A DNA stretch of 64,000 bases from assembly GCF_006345805.1 (NCBI RefSeq), contig NC_043004.1, positions 10,664,001 through 10,728,000 on the forward strand. Direction: 5' to 3'. Source of the DNA: Octopus sinensis. Its lineage: Eukaryota. Each line of letters starts with the position of its first letter. Within the stretch, counting starts at the first letter, position 1. Of this stretch, positions 24,799-37,219 are shown one piece after another. Both the position numbers and the translations under genes were made by a program. Below the pieces are notes generated by a model that was not told the DNA's origin, did no database searches, and worked only from the letters and a program-made list of their open reading frames with translations.

Positions 24799-25499
24799 AA
24801 ATATATTTATACATATCTACGTATGTGTCTTTATGTCTGCGTCTGTCCTCTCACCACCGATTGAAAACCGTTACTTTGATGTTTACGTAACATAGCGGTT
24901 CGAAAAAAAGCAACAGGCAGAATTAGTATCAGGTTTTAAAAAATGAATACTGGTGTCAATACATGTGACCAAAAATTCTTCAAGACCATACCCCAGCATG
25001 GCCGCAATCTAAAGTCCGAAGCAAGTAACATGGATAAGGTAAAAGAAAATATGCATATAAGATATACATACTTATATATCTATATATAACATTTATGGGT
25101 GTGTCTATGTATGTGCATATGCAGTGTCGCCCAAAAGTAGATTTACTGGTATTACGTAGACACTTTAAATTTCTTTTAAAACATTTTATTACATTCAAAT
25201 TTCTTCCATGTAATTAACTAAATTAGCATAGAATAATGGTTTCATATTTTTTTTATAATTTGGATCTTAGCTGTTAACATATGGGCCAACCTGTAAATAT
25301 CAATATATGTTCGTATGTTTGCATGTGCTTATGGTCTTTTTACTTACATTTTGTCCATCAGTCAAGAATTCCTTTGATTCAAATGTTTTCCTAACATATA
25401 TTGCAACAGGCATCTAGATATGTAACAATCCTTTGAAACAATTCCGAATGAGTATTGTCCCTTGCTATTAGCTTAGTTACTACGACACACACACACACA

Positions 25500-25572
<73 letters not shown>

Positions 25573-25662
25573 CATATATATATAGATGGATAGATAGATG
25601 AATAGATATAAAGTACAATTTATTCGTGATCAGAGGCGTTCGTAAACCGAGGTTCTACTGTA

Positions 25663-25744
<82 letters not shown>

Positions 25745-26037
25745 TATATATATATATGAACATGCAACTATTTCAATTTCTTATTTTGCTTTCTTCAGTT
25801 TAAATAATTTGAAGAAACAATTATATAATCGCAAATAAATGCAAAAAGATAATTTCTCTTTTAATGGAACTCATGAACCGTTACACCTTTCAAAACAGAC
25901 AGCAATGTCAATAATATTATCAATTCCTTTGATATCTTCACATAGTTTGCACAAAGCCATTTTAAATCATCAGCAGCAACTACGTTCAACCATTGTCTTA
26001 TTTACGAATTAGGTTTTATTGTACGTAACGATGTTAA

Positions 26038-26178
26038 ACGAGTGGCTGTGCACTAAGAAGCTTGCTTCCCAACATGGTTTCGGGTTCAGTACCACTGCGT
26101 GGAATCTTGCGCAGGTGTCTTCTGCTATAGCTCCAGGCCGAACAAAGCCTTGTGAGTGTATTTGGTGGACAGAAACGG

Positions 26179-26185
<7 letters not shown>
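26038..26185 (+). mobile_element. SINE-B 5' part with an unoccupied AAGAAGCTTGCTTCC site
   Basis: GAGTGGCTGTGCACT-AAGAAGCTTGCTTCC-CAACATGG. Confidence 0.8.
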
Positions 26186-26235
<50 letters not shown>

Positions 26236-26301
26236 TTTGTTTTTTAAAGTATAAATATATGAAGGAATGGAGCTGAGCGACGAATTAACAAAATTCCTTT
26301 A

Positions 26302-26384
26302 TTTTCCACATATGTTTCGAAGGCTGCATATTCCTAATTGCGAAGGAATAAGGAGTACATTATGCCGCTTTCTCATCAGGAAAA
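26302..26384 (-). ncRNA. Inverted twin hammerhead with G17 (predicted inactive)
   Basis: Same fold on the minus strand; the cleavage triplet is GUG (C26307 on the plus strand). Confidence 0.7.
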
Positions 26385-26502
26385 GCAAGGAACTTATGTC
26401 AACATCAAAATGCACAAAAAAAAAACATTACCGCTATGGGCTCCGTGTGAGCAATCATCTGAAAGTTTTTTGTGCATTTTGATGTTGACATAAGTTCCTT
26501 GC

Positions 26503-26585
26503 TTTTCCTGATGAGAAAGCGACATAATGTACTCCTTATTCCTTCGTAATTAGGAATACGCAGCCTTCGAAACATATGTCGAAAA
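26503..26585 (+). ncRNA. Type I hammerhead ribozyme, canonical core, GUC cleavage triplet
   Basis: Stem I TTTTC/GAAAA; CTGATGA (26508-14); long imperfect stem II GAAAGC.../...GCCTTC with an inner TTCCT/AGGAA hairpin; GAA; palindromic stem III ACATATGT; C17 = 26580. Confidence 0.8.
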
Positions 26586-26788
26586 TAAAGGAATTTTGTT
26601 AATTCGTCGCTCAGCTCCATTCTTTCATATATTTATACTTTTAACATAAACATACAAATTTCCACACGAAAGCACGTAATCTTTGCCCTAGGCACGTAAC
26701 TTCAACCGTGTTTTTTTCTGATGTGAATTTGCTACCCAGGTATCGGTTAATTCGAATTATCCTTAATAAGATAATTCATTCAACTACT

Positions 26789-26835
<47 letters not shown>

Positions 26836-27071
26836 TTGGTAGAGAGAAATGGAAAGAAGCCCTATCTATCTATATACATATGTGTGTGTGTTGCTGTGTT
26901 TGTGTTGCTGCGTGTGTGTTGCTGTGTGTGTGTGTGGGGGGGGGGTGAGTATCACCACCGCTTGACAACCGGTGTTATTGTGTTTTTGTTACCGTAACCT
27001 AGAGGTTTTTCCCAAAGAAACCGATAAAATAAGTACCTGACTATAGGGAAAAAACCCTCCTGTGTCGATTC

Positions 27072-27293
27072 TTATTTCTTTATTGACCAAACATAGAGGG
27101 GACATACAAGGACAGACAAACGGATTAAGTCGATTACATCGACGCCAGTGCGTAACTGGTACTTAATGTATCGATCCCGAAAGGTTCAAAGGCAAAGTCG
27201 ACCACGGCGGAATTTGAACACAGAACGCAGCGGCGGGCGAGATACCACAAAGCATTTCGCCCGGTGTGCTAACGATTCTCCCAGCTCACCGCC
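27072..27293 (-). mobile_element. SINE-A inserted antisense in a SINE-B 3' part
   Basis: Flanked by TCCTGTGTCGATTC (27058-71) and TCCTGTGTCAATTC (27312-25). Confidence 0.75.
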
Positions 27294-27542
27294 TTCATTC
27301 CTGTGAATGAATCCTGTGTCAATTCATTTGACTAAAATTCTTCAAGACGGTACTCAATCATGGCCGCAGTCTAATGACGGTAACCAATAAAAGAATAAAA
27401 TAAGACTGCTCAATGTATGATTATTTTTCAAATGCCAGAATGTATTAAACATTAACTGCCCCGCGTAAATCATTGACATATAAGCGGCAATATCAGCTCA
27501 AATAAAATACGTCTTGGATTAACATAAATATTTTATAAATAA

Positions 27543-27936
27543 CTAGCAGTATCGCCCGGCGTTGCTCGGGTTTGTAAGGGAAATAACTATATAAGCATTT
27601 TAGAGAGTTATAGCCAAAAAATAAGTAAGAAATGCATTAAAAATGGAAAAAAAATGATGGTAAATTTTTTAAAAAATCATTGACTCATCGTAGACAGATT
27701 TAGAGAGTTACTTCCTTTATATAATAGCGAAAAAATGCATTAAAATGGAAAAAAATGATGGTAATTTTTTTTAAAATCGTAGACTCATCGTAGACGCGTG
27801 CTAATACCCAGAAGGGCTCGATATGAATCACGACTATAAGATACCCGGTTTTGGTTTAACTGCACCGCAAAATGTGGGAGTAGTTTGGAATCTAAATCGT
27901 AGGAGACAGACACAACTTCACTTTTATATATAAAGA
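27543..27936 (-). mobile_element. Non-autonomous Helitron
   Basis: Minus strand reads A|TCTTTATATATAAAAG ... CCCGAGCAACGCCGGG hairpin ... CTAG|T, with an internal ~100-bp duplication. Confidence 0.85.
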
Positions 27937-28164
27937 TGAATCGCTAAGTTTTATTTCAATATTAAAAATTCTGTTACACATAAAAAAGGGCTTAAATTTT
28001 GAAGCCTATCGTTTCAAATGGAATGGTATATCAAGTGGATTAAATTAATGGTTAAAAATTTTATCTAAAAATATTAATGAGAATGTTAAGTGTAAATTTG
28101 CTTTTTTTTACCCTCCTTTACTAACGTATATATGTGGGAATGGTGAAATGTTTTTGGTTTTAAG

Positions 28165-28345
28165 GGTGTCTCGAAAGGCCTGGTTGGAGGCCCAACCTTA
28201 TAAGTTCTTTTATAGGGCTTAGAAAAATTAATTAAAAGAAAAATGTGTAAATCTTAGAGGGGAAAACGTTGAATAAAATAATAATTAACTGATCTTCCGG
28301 TATATATTCGTTTACCCAAAGTCAGGAACTTTTCAGCACTCTCTA
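28165..28345 (+). mobile_element. Mariner-derived MITE, diverged
   Basis: Homologous to 1411-1626. Confidence 0.6.
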
Positions 28346-28419
28346 GAATTTTACTTAATTTTGAATGGCAAATTCTTCGATATGCAATTTATAATACTTC
28401 CTGTGACGGCCACAAGATT

Positions 28420-29160
28420 TGGACTTTTCGGTTCAACTGTTACTTATTTCATCGATTCTGAAAGTGTAAAAGGCGGTACTAGAACTCAGTACGTAGAAAC
28501 CGAAGAAATGCAGCTAAGCGTTTTAATCGATATACTAAGGGTTCTTATTTCTTTACTATCCACAAGGGGCTAAACATAGAGGGGACAAACAAGTACAGAC
28601 AAACGGATTAAGTCGATTATATCGACCCCAGTGCATAACTGATACTTATTTAATCGACCCCAAAAGGATGAAAGGCAAGGTCGACCTCGGCGGAATTTGA
28701 ACTCGGAACGTAGCAATGGAGGGAATACCGCTAAGCATTTTTTCCCGGTAGGCTAACGTTTCTTCTTTCTTTATTGCCCACAAGGGGCTAAACATAGAGG
28801 GGACAAACAAGGACAGAAAAACGGATTAAGTCGATTATATCGACCCCAGTGCATAACTGATACTTATTTAATCGACCCCAAAAGGATGAAAGGCAAGGTC
28901 GACCTCGGCGGAATTTGAACTCAGAACGTAGCGATGGAGGAAATACCTATTTCTTTATTACCCACAAGGGGCTAAACACAGAGGGGACAAACAAGGACAG
29001 ACAAATGGATTCAGTCGACTATATCGACCTCAGTGCGTAACTGCTACTTATTTAATCGACCCCGAAAGGATGAAAGGCAAAGTCGACCTCGGCGGAATTT
29101 GAGCTCAGAACGTAGGGACGATATGTTGCGGGGCGTTTTCTCTGCCACGCTAACGATTCT
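28420..29160 (-). mobile_element. SINE-A stack (three type-1 units plus an older degenerate unit)
   Basis: Repeated cores, with junctions at 28947/8 (type I) and at ~28763 and ~28544 (type II). Confidence 0.9.
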
Positions 29161-29406
29161 TCCTGACAACCGCATTTATATAACATTGATAATGGTTTGA
29201 AATTTTGGCAGCAGCTTTCGAGGAGAAGGAGAAATTGATTACATCAACCCAAGTAAATTACTAGTACTTATTTTATCGACCCACGATAGGATGAAAGTCA
29301 AACTCAACCTGAGAGGGATTTAAAGTCAGAAGTAAAGACCGATGAAATTCTAAGTATATAGGCCGGCCTGCTAAGGACTCTTCCAGCTCACCGCCTTTAT
29401 ATATCA

Positions 29407-29800
29407 CTAGCAGTATCGTCCGGCGTTGCTCGGGTTTGTAAGGGAAATAACTATACAGCATTTTTAGAGAGTTATAGCCAAAAAATAGCAAAAAAATGCA
29501 TTAAAAATGGAAAAAATATGATGGTAAATTTTTTGAAAAATCGTTGACTCATCGTAGACATTTTTAGAGAGTTACTTCCCTTTAAAAAAATATGCATGAA
29601 AATGGAAAAAAATGATGGTAAATTATTTTAAAAATCGAAGACTCATCATAGACGCGCGCTAATACCCAGAAGGGCTCGATATGAATCACGACTATAAGAT
29701 ACCCGGTTTTGGTTAAACTGCACCGCAAAATGTTGGAGTAGTTAGGAATCTAAATCGAAGGGGACAGACACTCACACAACTACAGTTTTATATATATAGA
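29407..29800 (-). mobile_element. Non-autonomous Helitron (same family as 27543-27936)
   Basis: A|TCTATATATATAAAAC ... hairpin ... CTAG|T. Confidence 0.85.
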
Positions 29801-31242
29801 TTAATAATGATTAAGAAAAATAGTGCATTCCGTTTCAATGCCATTATGATCACGGGGAAGCCTTCCAATGACACACACACACATGCATATATATCTTTAA
29901 TTCTAAAACTGTGAAAGGCTTAAAGGAAAACAATGAATTTAGTTCCAGCTATCCATCTGTTTATCAAGATTAGATGATTTTACGAGTTTATCACGACAAG
30001 TGTAAACGACTAATTTAAAGTAAATTCTTTGTCTGATACTCAAAATAATTTGTAAAATTTCATCCAGAAATACTGTTTGTGTTTTATTTTCATCCCTTCT
30101 TTTATTACATGCATCCATAAATATATTGTATGAAAAAAAAAAATATATATATATATATACACTAATAGCTCGGTACTACGAACCTCCTCTTAACGTATTC
30201 TGGAAGCAGCGGAAAAATCAAGTCATATCAACAACATCTCTTCACCATTCATGGTAAGTCTCATTTCAAATTTAAAAATGTTGAATTTACTCTATTGTAG
30301 TGTTTATTTACAGTGTAGATTGTCAGATTGGGTAGCGTGTTTCATTAGAAGTACCGTACTGTATTTATTCCTCTGTCTTTCATAATGTAATTGTTGATAC
30401 TAGCCACTCCTAACGTAACCTAACCTTAGTGTCGGCATCTACGAGTAATCGGCTTCATCGGACCGATGTTCCCCACTTTGAGTCCGTAGTACTGGGGTAT
30501 GAGTATATTTGTGTATACAGGTATAATTATATGTCTATATCACGGACGTGCCACCTAGGCAAGCAAGGCAGGCACTGCCTACTTTGAATAAAATAGATTG
30601 ATAGCAACATTTTACTTATATGTTAAAATATACAGCTAATTCAATAAAATTATGAATGTTACTCTGATTACTATGCATAAAATACAAAATATCTTATTTT
30701 TTTGTAGGTTAGGTAGGCATAATTCGCCCCGGTCTTTCAATCTCAGTATTTAAGCTACACATAGTAAGGCTGTAGTACACGTGCTGCGTACACCCCTACA
30801 ACAACGTTTTCTTTACGGACTATAAAGGCAGAAGTAAATCTGTCTTCAACTCAGTCGCGGGCCTGTATTTCGATTATTGTTTTGTGTTTTACTACATAAA
30901 GGTCACCAACTGCCTACCCTAAGTAATTACTGACAACACGTGCCTGGTCTATATACATAGAGGTATAAATGTACATTTACATATACATATACATATGTAC
31001 ACACACACACATACATACATACACATGTATGTGTGTGTGTATGCCATATACATGTATATGTACATATATGTATACATATGTTCATAGATACCTCCCTATA
31101 CACACACATACACACACACATATGTATATGATAGCTCCTACTGTTGATTTATTCCACTAAAACCTTTCAAGGTGCTGCTCCAGCATGGCCTGTGTGCGTA
31201 CACGTGTATGTAGATATACCAAAATCGATATCTGTCTATCTG

Positions 31243-31305
<63 letters not shown>

Positions 31306-31854
31306 CAGTCTACCTATATTGCGCAAGAGAAAAAGAGAGAGAGAGAGAGACGAGGAGAAAGACAAAGGAAGGAAAGAGTATGGTGGTGGGTACGTGGAAT
31401 GAAGAGTAAATTTAGAAAGCAAGCCAGATAAATTATAATTACTACTCACGGGTTTAACCTTGTCATTAAGCAAAGCTGTTGTTTGTAGCTTTTCGGCATT
31501 ATCACTATTACGACGTTTTTCTTTTTGTTTTAGCTGTTGAACACTTTTCTATTTTTATTGTTTTGTGTTATTGATTTGAATGTATGTGTGTGTCTCTATA
31601 TGTTTGCATGTGTGTGTGTGTTTGTGTGCATATGACCGTAAGTGTGTGCGCGTGTATGTGTGAGTATGTGTGTGTGTATGTGTGTGCATGTGTATGTGTG
31701 ATCTACGTTTTGTTCTGTTGATTTTGAATATGTTTTAAAAACGGCAACAATCATAATTTGCAATCAAACATACTCTGACGGTGTACCAGATTTTATTATT
31801 CAGCTTTTGTCATTGTTGTTGTTATTATTATTGCTGTTGTTTTTATCATTATTG

Positions 31855-31903
<49 letters not shown>

Positions 31904-34356
31904 TACTGCTACTATTATCATCATCATCATCATCATAATCACCACCACCCCACTCACCCACTCGCCATCATAATATTCATCATCATCATCATCATCATCA
32001 TCGTCGTCGTCATGTTTTTGCTGTTATTGTATTGTTTATGTTCTATTGCTAACATTGATTTTACAGTTGCTTCCCCACCCGCCTCTAACAAAAATTTTAC
32101 TAGATAACTAAAGTCAATTTGTTGCACTTGATATGTCTGCGTATATGTGAGCATATGCATATATTTATCGGTTGTCACTTGCAGATTATTATTATTTTGC
32201 ACCCAGCAACACGATTTCGTTATTTAATTACGGCGTAGTGTAGAGCCAATACAGACTCCATTGCTGCCCCTTCACGCTTGTGGTGGTTTGCACTTAAGCA
32301 AAGCATTAAAAAAAAAACTACAGGGTAGAATGGAATAATATCATTTACTCAGACTCAAGACTCTATGAGTCCCTCTTCCGAATATCTCTTTCCAGATATT
32401 TGGGTGTTTAAATAATGTTTCTTAAAGTCAACTTATACACATCTCATTTGGATCTGCTTGGGTATGACCGAAAGCAACAAAGCGCGAATTGAATTATATA
32501 TATACGCATATAGCAACATGCTGTATAATTGTGAAACTTTTAAAATTATATCAGATAATATCTGAAAGAATTAGAAACAAGAATCTGTTGATAAAAATAA
32601 GTTTTCATTTGAAGCAATGTTTGACGAAGTCAATTTAAAGATCAAGTAAATAGTTTATCTTTTACACATTAACTTTCACTTGTTTCAGATACTGGACAGT
32701 ACTCTCACTGGAATATCGTTTCGAAGTGTTTACCGGAACATTCAAAGCCAGTACATTGGTGAGGTATGTGGAGGTAAACAAAGCAAGACCGGTCGTCAAG
32801 AGTTAGGCGGAACAAACACAGATGCGAACACACGCACGCAACACGCATACACACACATACCAAACATACACGTACACAGACACACGCACACACATATATC
32901 CAAAACCGGTTTCTATACTGCTTTCATCCACTAAACTCACACAGAAGACATAGATTGATCAAGGCTATAACAGTTGCCAAAGGTGCGACCAGGTGGGATT
33001 GAACCCAAAACCACGTGATTATAGAATGAGTTTATCAACGACACGGTGCCTGTTCCGAGAACTTTTTGTTATAAAAATGCTTTCACTTCGAGAGCGCTTT
33101 ATGGTAAATATTCTATATTATTTGAGACTTTAAGCTGAAATGTTTTTTGTACTGTACCTCATTTAACGCTTTCATTCTACTCACTTTTGAACTCACACTT
33201 ATTGAGTATATTTACCATGGTGATTTGGCGGGTGCAAGGGAGCTGATGTCCTGGGTATGAGTTTAAACTGCACCCTGCATTGGAGACTTCATTCAGAAGA
33301 TCCAGGGTTTTGAGATGTATAGAACATTTCTTTCGTCACTATTGTTCCATGCCTATGAGTTAATTAACATGTCACAGAATTATCCCCTTAAGGTCATCCA
33401 CAGAGTGTCCAAAAGAACCAGATGACGCTCTTCAGCGTTTAAGCCACTTATCTGAAAGAGGATAACTTCATACAAACCCTGCACTCTGATAAGTAATGGG
33501 CTCGTAACGTTTTGCACCAGAGAAATACAAGTTTCATAGGACAAAAGAGTGGGACTGTCTCAGCACAAACCAAACATACCACACTGACTTTTGAGGTAAT
33601 TTATTCAGCGTTTCAAAATAGGCCCGGCGAGTATCACCCTCCATAAAATCTGGATGGAGGGACCCTAGGCAGATACTATGGCTAAAGTCATCCAAATTAT
33701 GGCATCACCGTTGGTTCCATTGATGTTGCACACGTATTGGTTTTCTTTCCTTCATGTCTTATTCATGAATTGAGCGCTTCTTAGCGAAATTAGGTCTAGA
33801 CACATGATTCTCGAAACAGTTTAGCTATAGTCGAGCTACTTCAGTTACTGTCTTTGCAAAACGGTCAACGAAAAACGAAACAGGTCAACCAGAAAACTGG
33901 ATAGAAACTCGTGCATCATTTCTTCCGGATATTTTCGTCTCCGCTCAGATATTACTGAAATCAAACTTGTCTTTCCATTATTTAGGTTTCATAAATAAAA
34001 AAAGACATGGCAGTCCAGGGAGGTGGATTTTTAGAATTGTTAACTCCACTTGAACGTGGATGCTCTGTTAGGACAAACTTTACTGAAGCAGATACCATGT
34101 GAGAAGCTCTCTTATAGGCTTGCTTTTGCTGTAAAATGTGCTCTTATCTATATTAAAAGCAGGGAGATAAATCCTTACCAACTTCAGCACTGAGATCACC
34201 ATATCACATGGTTTCGATCTTCCTTGGTCTCATCAATGATGGACGCTCAACCGCTAGAGACAGCAGCTACTTATATCGCCGCCAGTGATATATAGAAAAT
34301 TTGTGCCAAAACAGGCACTGGTGTCGCTATTAGCCAGTGAGTTTGTTAATATATAT

Positions 34357-34755
34357 GGTGTAGGAGTGGCTGTATGGTAAGTAGCTTGCTTACCAACCAC
34401 ATGGTTCCGGGTTCAGTCCCACTGCGTGACACATTGGGCAAGTGTCTTCTACTATAGCCTCGGGCCGACCAAAGACTTGTGAGTGGATTTGGTAGACGGA
34501 AACTGAAAGAAGCCCGTCGTATATATGTATGTATATGTATATATATATATGTATGTGTGTGTATACGTTTGTCCCACCAACATCGCTTGACAACCGATGG
34601 TGGTGTGTTTATGTCCCCGTAACTTAGCGCTTCGGCAAAAGAAACCGATAGAATAAGTATTAGGCTTATAAAGAATAAGTCCTGGGGTCGATTTGCTCGA
34701 CTAAAGGCGGTGCTCCAGCATGGCCACAGTCAAATGGCAAACGAGTAAAAGAGTA
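34357..34755 (+). mobile_element. SINE-B, full length
   Basis: Head, CORE-like domain, internal microsatellite and tail are all present. Confidence 0.9.
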
Positions 34756-35000
34756 TATAATATATATATACACATAACTGAAAGACGTTTCACATTTCTT
34801 GGTTCATATATCTGCGCTTTGAGTACAGATTCTGTATTCCACATAGAAATAGCACTACCCTCAACGTAAGGAAAGTGAAATACAACTAAAAAATAGATTA
34901 ATGTTGTACAATTGTTTCTTTATCAATATAATATGCACCAGAATATGGAGCTATTTCTAGCACTAGAGTTGACCTATTTAACGTTAACTCTCTTATATTT

Positions 35001-35078
<78 letters not shown>

Positions 35079-35138
35079 CATACATATAATTACATATGTA
35101 TATATGTGTGTGTGTTCGCGCGCGTATATATATGTATG

Positions 35139-35568
35139 CTCAGTTCTACATTACCGTTCCTGAGACAGTTGTGATAATGCATGTATTTATATAGGTGCAG
35201 ATTTCTATGTCTATGTATGTATTCTCATGCATATACCTGCTTATCTAGATATGGTCATATATATTTAAATGATAAACTTCTGGAAATTTTTACAGATGTT
35301 TACAGTTCCAGTGATGGATTGGATCTGTAGTCTTCGAATTAGATTTCTCCTTTTTGGTTTTGAGAAGCCTAATTTCTCAAGATTGGTATTTAGGCAGTGT
35401 GTTAGATATCCCAGGGCACTAATAATTGCAGGTATAAACCTGAACTTGCAATCTGAATAACTGTTCTCCTTTTCACTGATCTTCAGCTTTATGTTAACAT
35501 CTGCTGGGCAGCTAATTTCTGCATCTGCGCACAGTTTCTCTTCTCCATCCCACATAATTATATCAGGT
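35139..35568 (-). mobile_element. 3' fragment of an RLE-type (R4/Dong-like) non-LTR retrotransposon
   Basis: PDIIMWDGEEKLCADAEISCPADVNIKLKISEKENSY...FRFIPAIISALG...LEKLGF...GTVNICKNFQKFII* is a restriction-like endonuclease C-terminus, followed by a short 3' UTR. Confidence 0.7.
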
Positions 35569-35627
35569 ATGTATGTATGTATGTATGTATGTATGTATGT
35601 ATGTATGTATGTATGTATGTATGTATG

Positions 35628-35661
<34 letters not shown>

Positions 35662-35737
35662 TGTATGTATGTATGTATGTATGTATGTATGTATGTATGT
35701 ATGTATGTATGTATGTGTGTGTGTATGTATGTATGTA
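35567..35737. repeat. (TATG)n microsatellite
   Basis: Directly visible tandem repeats. Confidence 0.95.
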
Positions 35738-37219
35738 TTCTTGTGTCAATCTGGTTTCGAATACATAGCGATACTATTGTTATCTGAAGTCAATACTTTA
35801 AATATAAAACAATGTTTCCAAATAAGAATGACTGATTAGTGTACCAAACAACGCACCCACCCACAAACTACCAAGCAGCCGTGTGATTAATTAGGGTTTA
35901 TTGTCCAGAATTTGTCACCAATACACTTCATATTTAGGTGCCCAGCACATCTAACATAAGTAGATACGAGCAAGCTGGTTTGATTCGCAGCTGTGAACAG
36001 TTACAATACAATATGAATGGCATACGTTTCACTAGCTTGCAGTGTCGAATTCCTTTCATTGTCTTCGATTTAGATAGCGACACGAGCGTTAACAACATTC
36101 TTGGCTAAATCTATATGTTATCTCCGCCACTCGAGAATGGAGTGGATTCCAGAATGAATAATCTATTTATGTCTACACAGTAGAGTTAGCCCTTAAGGGT
36201 TACGTATTTTTAGCCTGAAACAAAACGAATGGATGAGAGAACGATTTCCGAACATCATTTATTTGGAACGTATTTCGAATCCGCACATTAATATCTCTTA
36301 CCATTGAGTGTCACGTGTAATTATCGATCCAAACGTAAAATTGTGTGATTATATTGTGAATTTTATATGTACATCTCCTCTCACCGGTATTTAAAATCAG
36401 TTAGTGCATAAAGCAAAACATAAACGTAGTCACCATAAAACTGCTACGTTATGTTTAAAACAACATTCATTAAAGGGGTATTAGATACTTTTAATGCAAA
36501 TTTGTTTTTATACAAACACATAAAGAAATAAACCGAAAGCGTTTCTATTCTAAATGTCTGTGATGTCATTTTTATACCTCTAAGAACGTTAACCATTTTC
36601 CTGATTTCAAAGGCAGATAAAAATTGAATAAACTGAGGGATATATGATATAAACGGGGGAAAGAATGCGTGTAGGAAGTGGTGGGAAAAAGTTATTTAGT
36701 AGAAATATAAACTTGCATTCAGAAATGATATAAGCGTTTCATTTAAAATGGTCGTATGGTTTTTGATATGTTTATAAATGTAAACCAAGTGATATTTGTG
36801 AAGTGCTTTATGACACGGTTGATAATGCAGATCTCTATCAAATAGACGCTGCTAAAAAGAGTGATCTCCGACTAACCATCTGGACTTCCTGTTATTTCTC
36901 TTTGCACTAAAAAAACTTCACAAATGTGGCCAACCGACATTCTAGCCTTTAGTAATAAAAGAAATCCTCCTTTAGAATCTTGCACTGTTTTCATTTGCAA
37001 AAAATCTTTTTCTTTGTAAACATTATTCAGGTGTTGAGTTCCAGATATCAGCGATAGATTATCATCGAAGCAAGGTTTCTATTCTATAGTCAAATACGTG
37101 TTTAAATAATTTGGAAAAATACTTATGTTTTACCTTCTAAATGCGAGACCTCTATAGCAATGTTTGCTGCGCATTTATACATAAAATTATTTCTATCCCA
37201 TTAATCATTAATATATATA

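Larger units (their letters stand above)
26246..26641. repeat. Fold-back (inverted duplication), ~176-bp arms with a ~44-bp spacer
   Basis: Arms 26246-26421 and 26466-26641 differ at five positions by my alignment. Confidence 0.95.

Noticed and set aside
26267-26620. Twin 71-aa ORFs MELSDELTK...
   Set aside because: They are a by-product of the inverted duplication and overlap the ribozyme antisense; no recognisable protein.
26242-26644. Kolobok/piggyBac-type MITE interpretation of the fold-back (TTAA near both ends)
   Set aside because: TTAA is out of register by one base at the right end, and hammerheads in both arms favour a Penelope-type inversion. Not fully excluded.
33300-34190. Higher-complexity stretch as a Penelope ORF next to the 34195 relic
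   Set aside because: I found no RT or GIY-YIG motif in the frames I translated; left unassigned.
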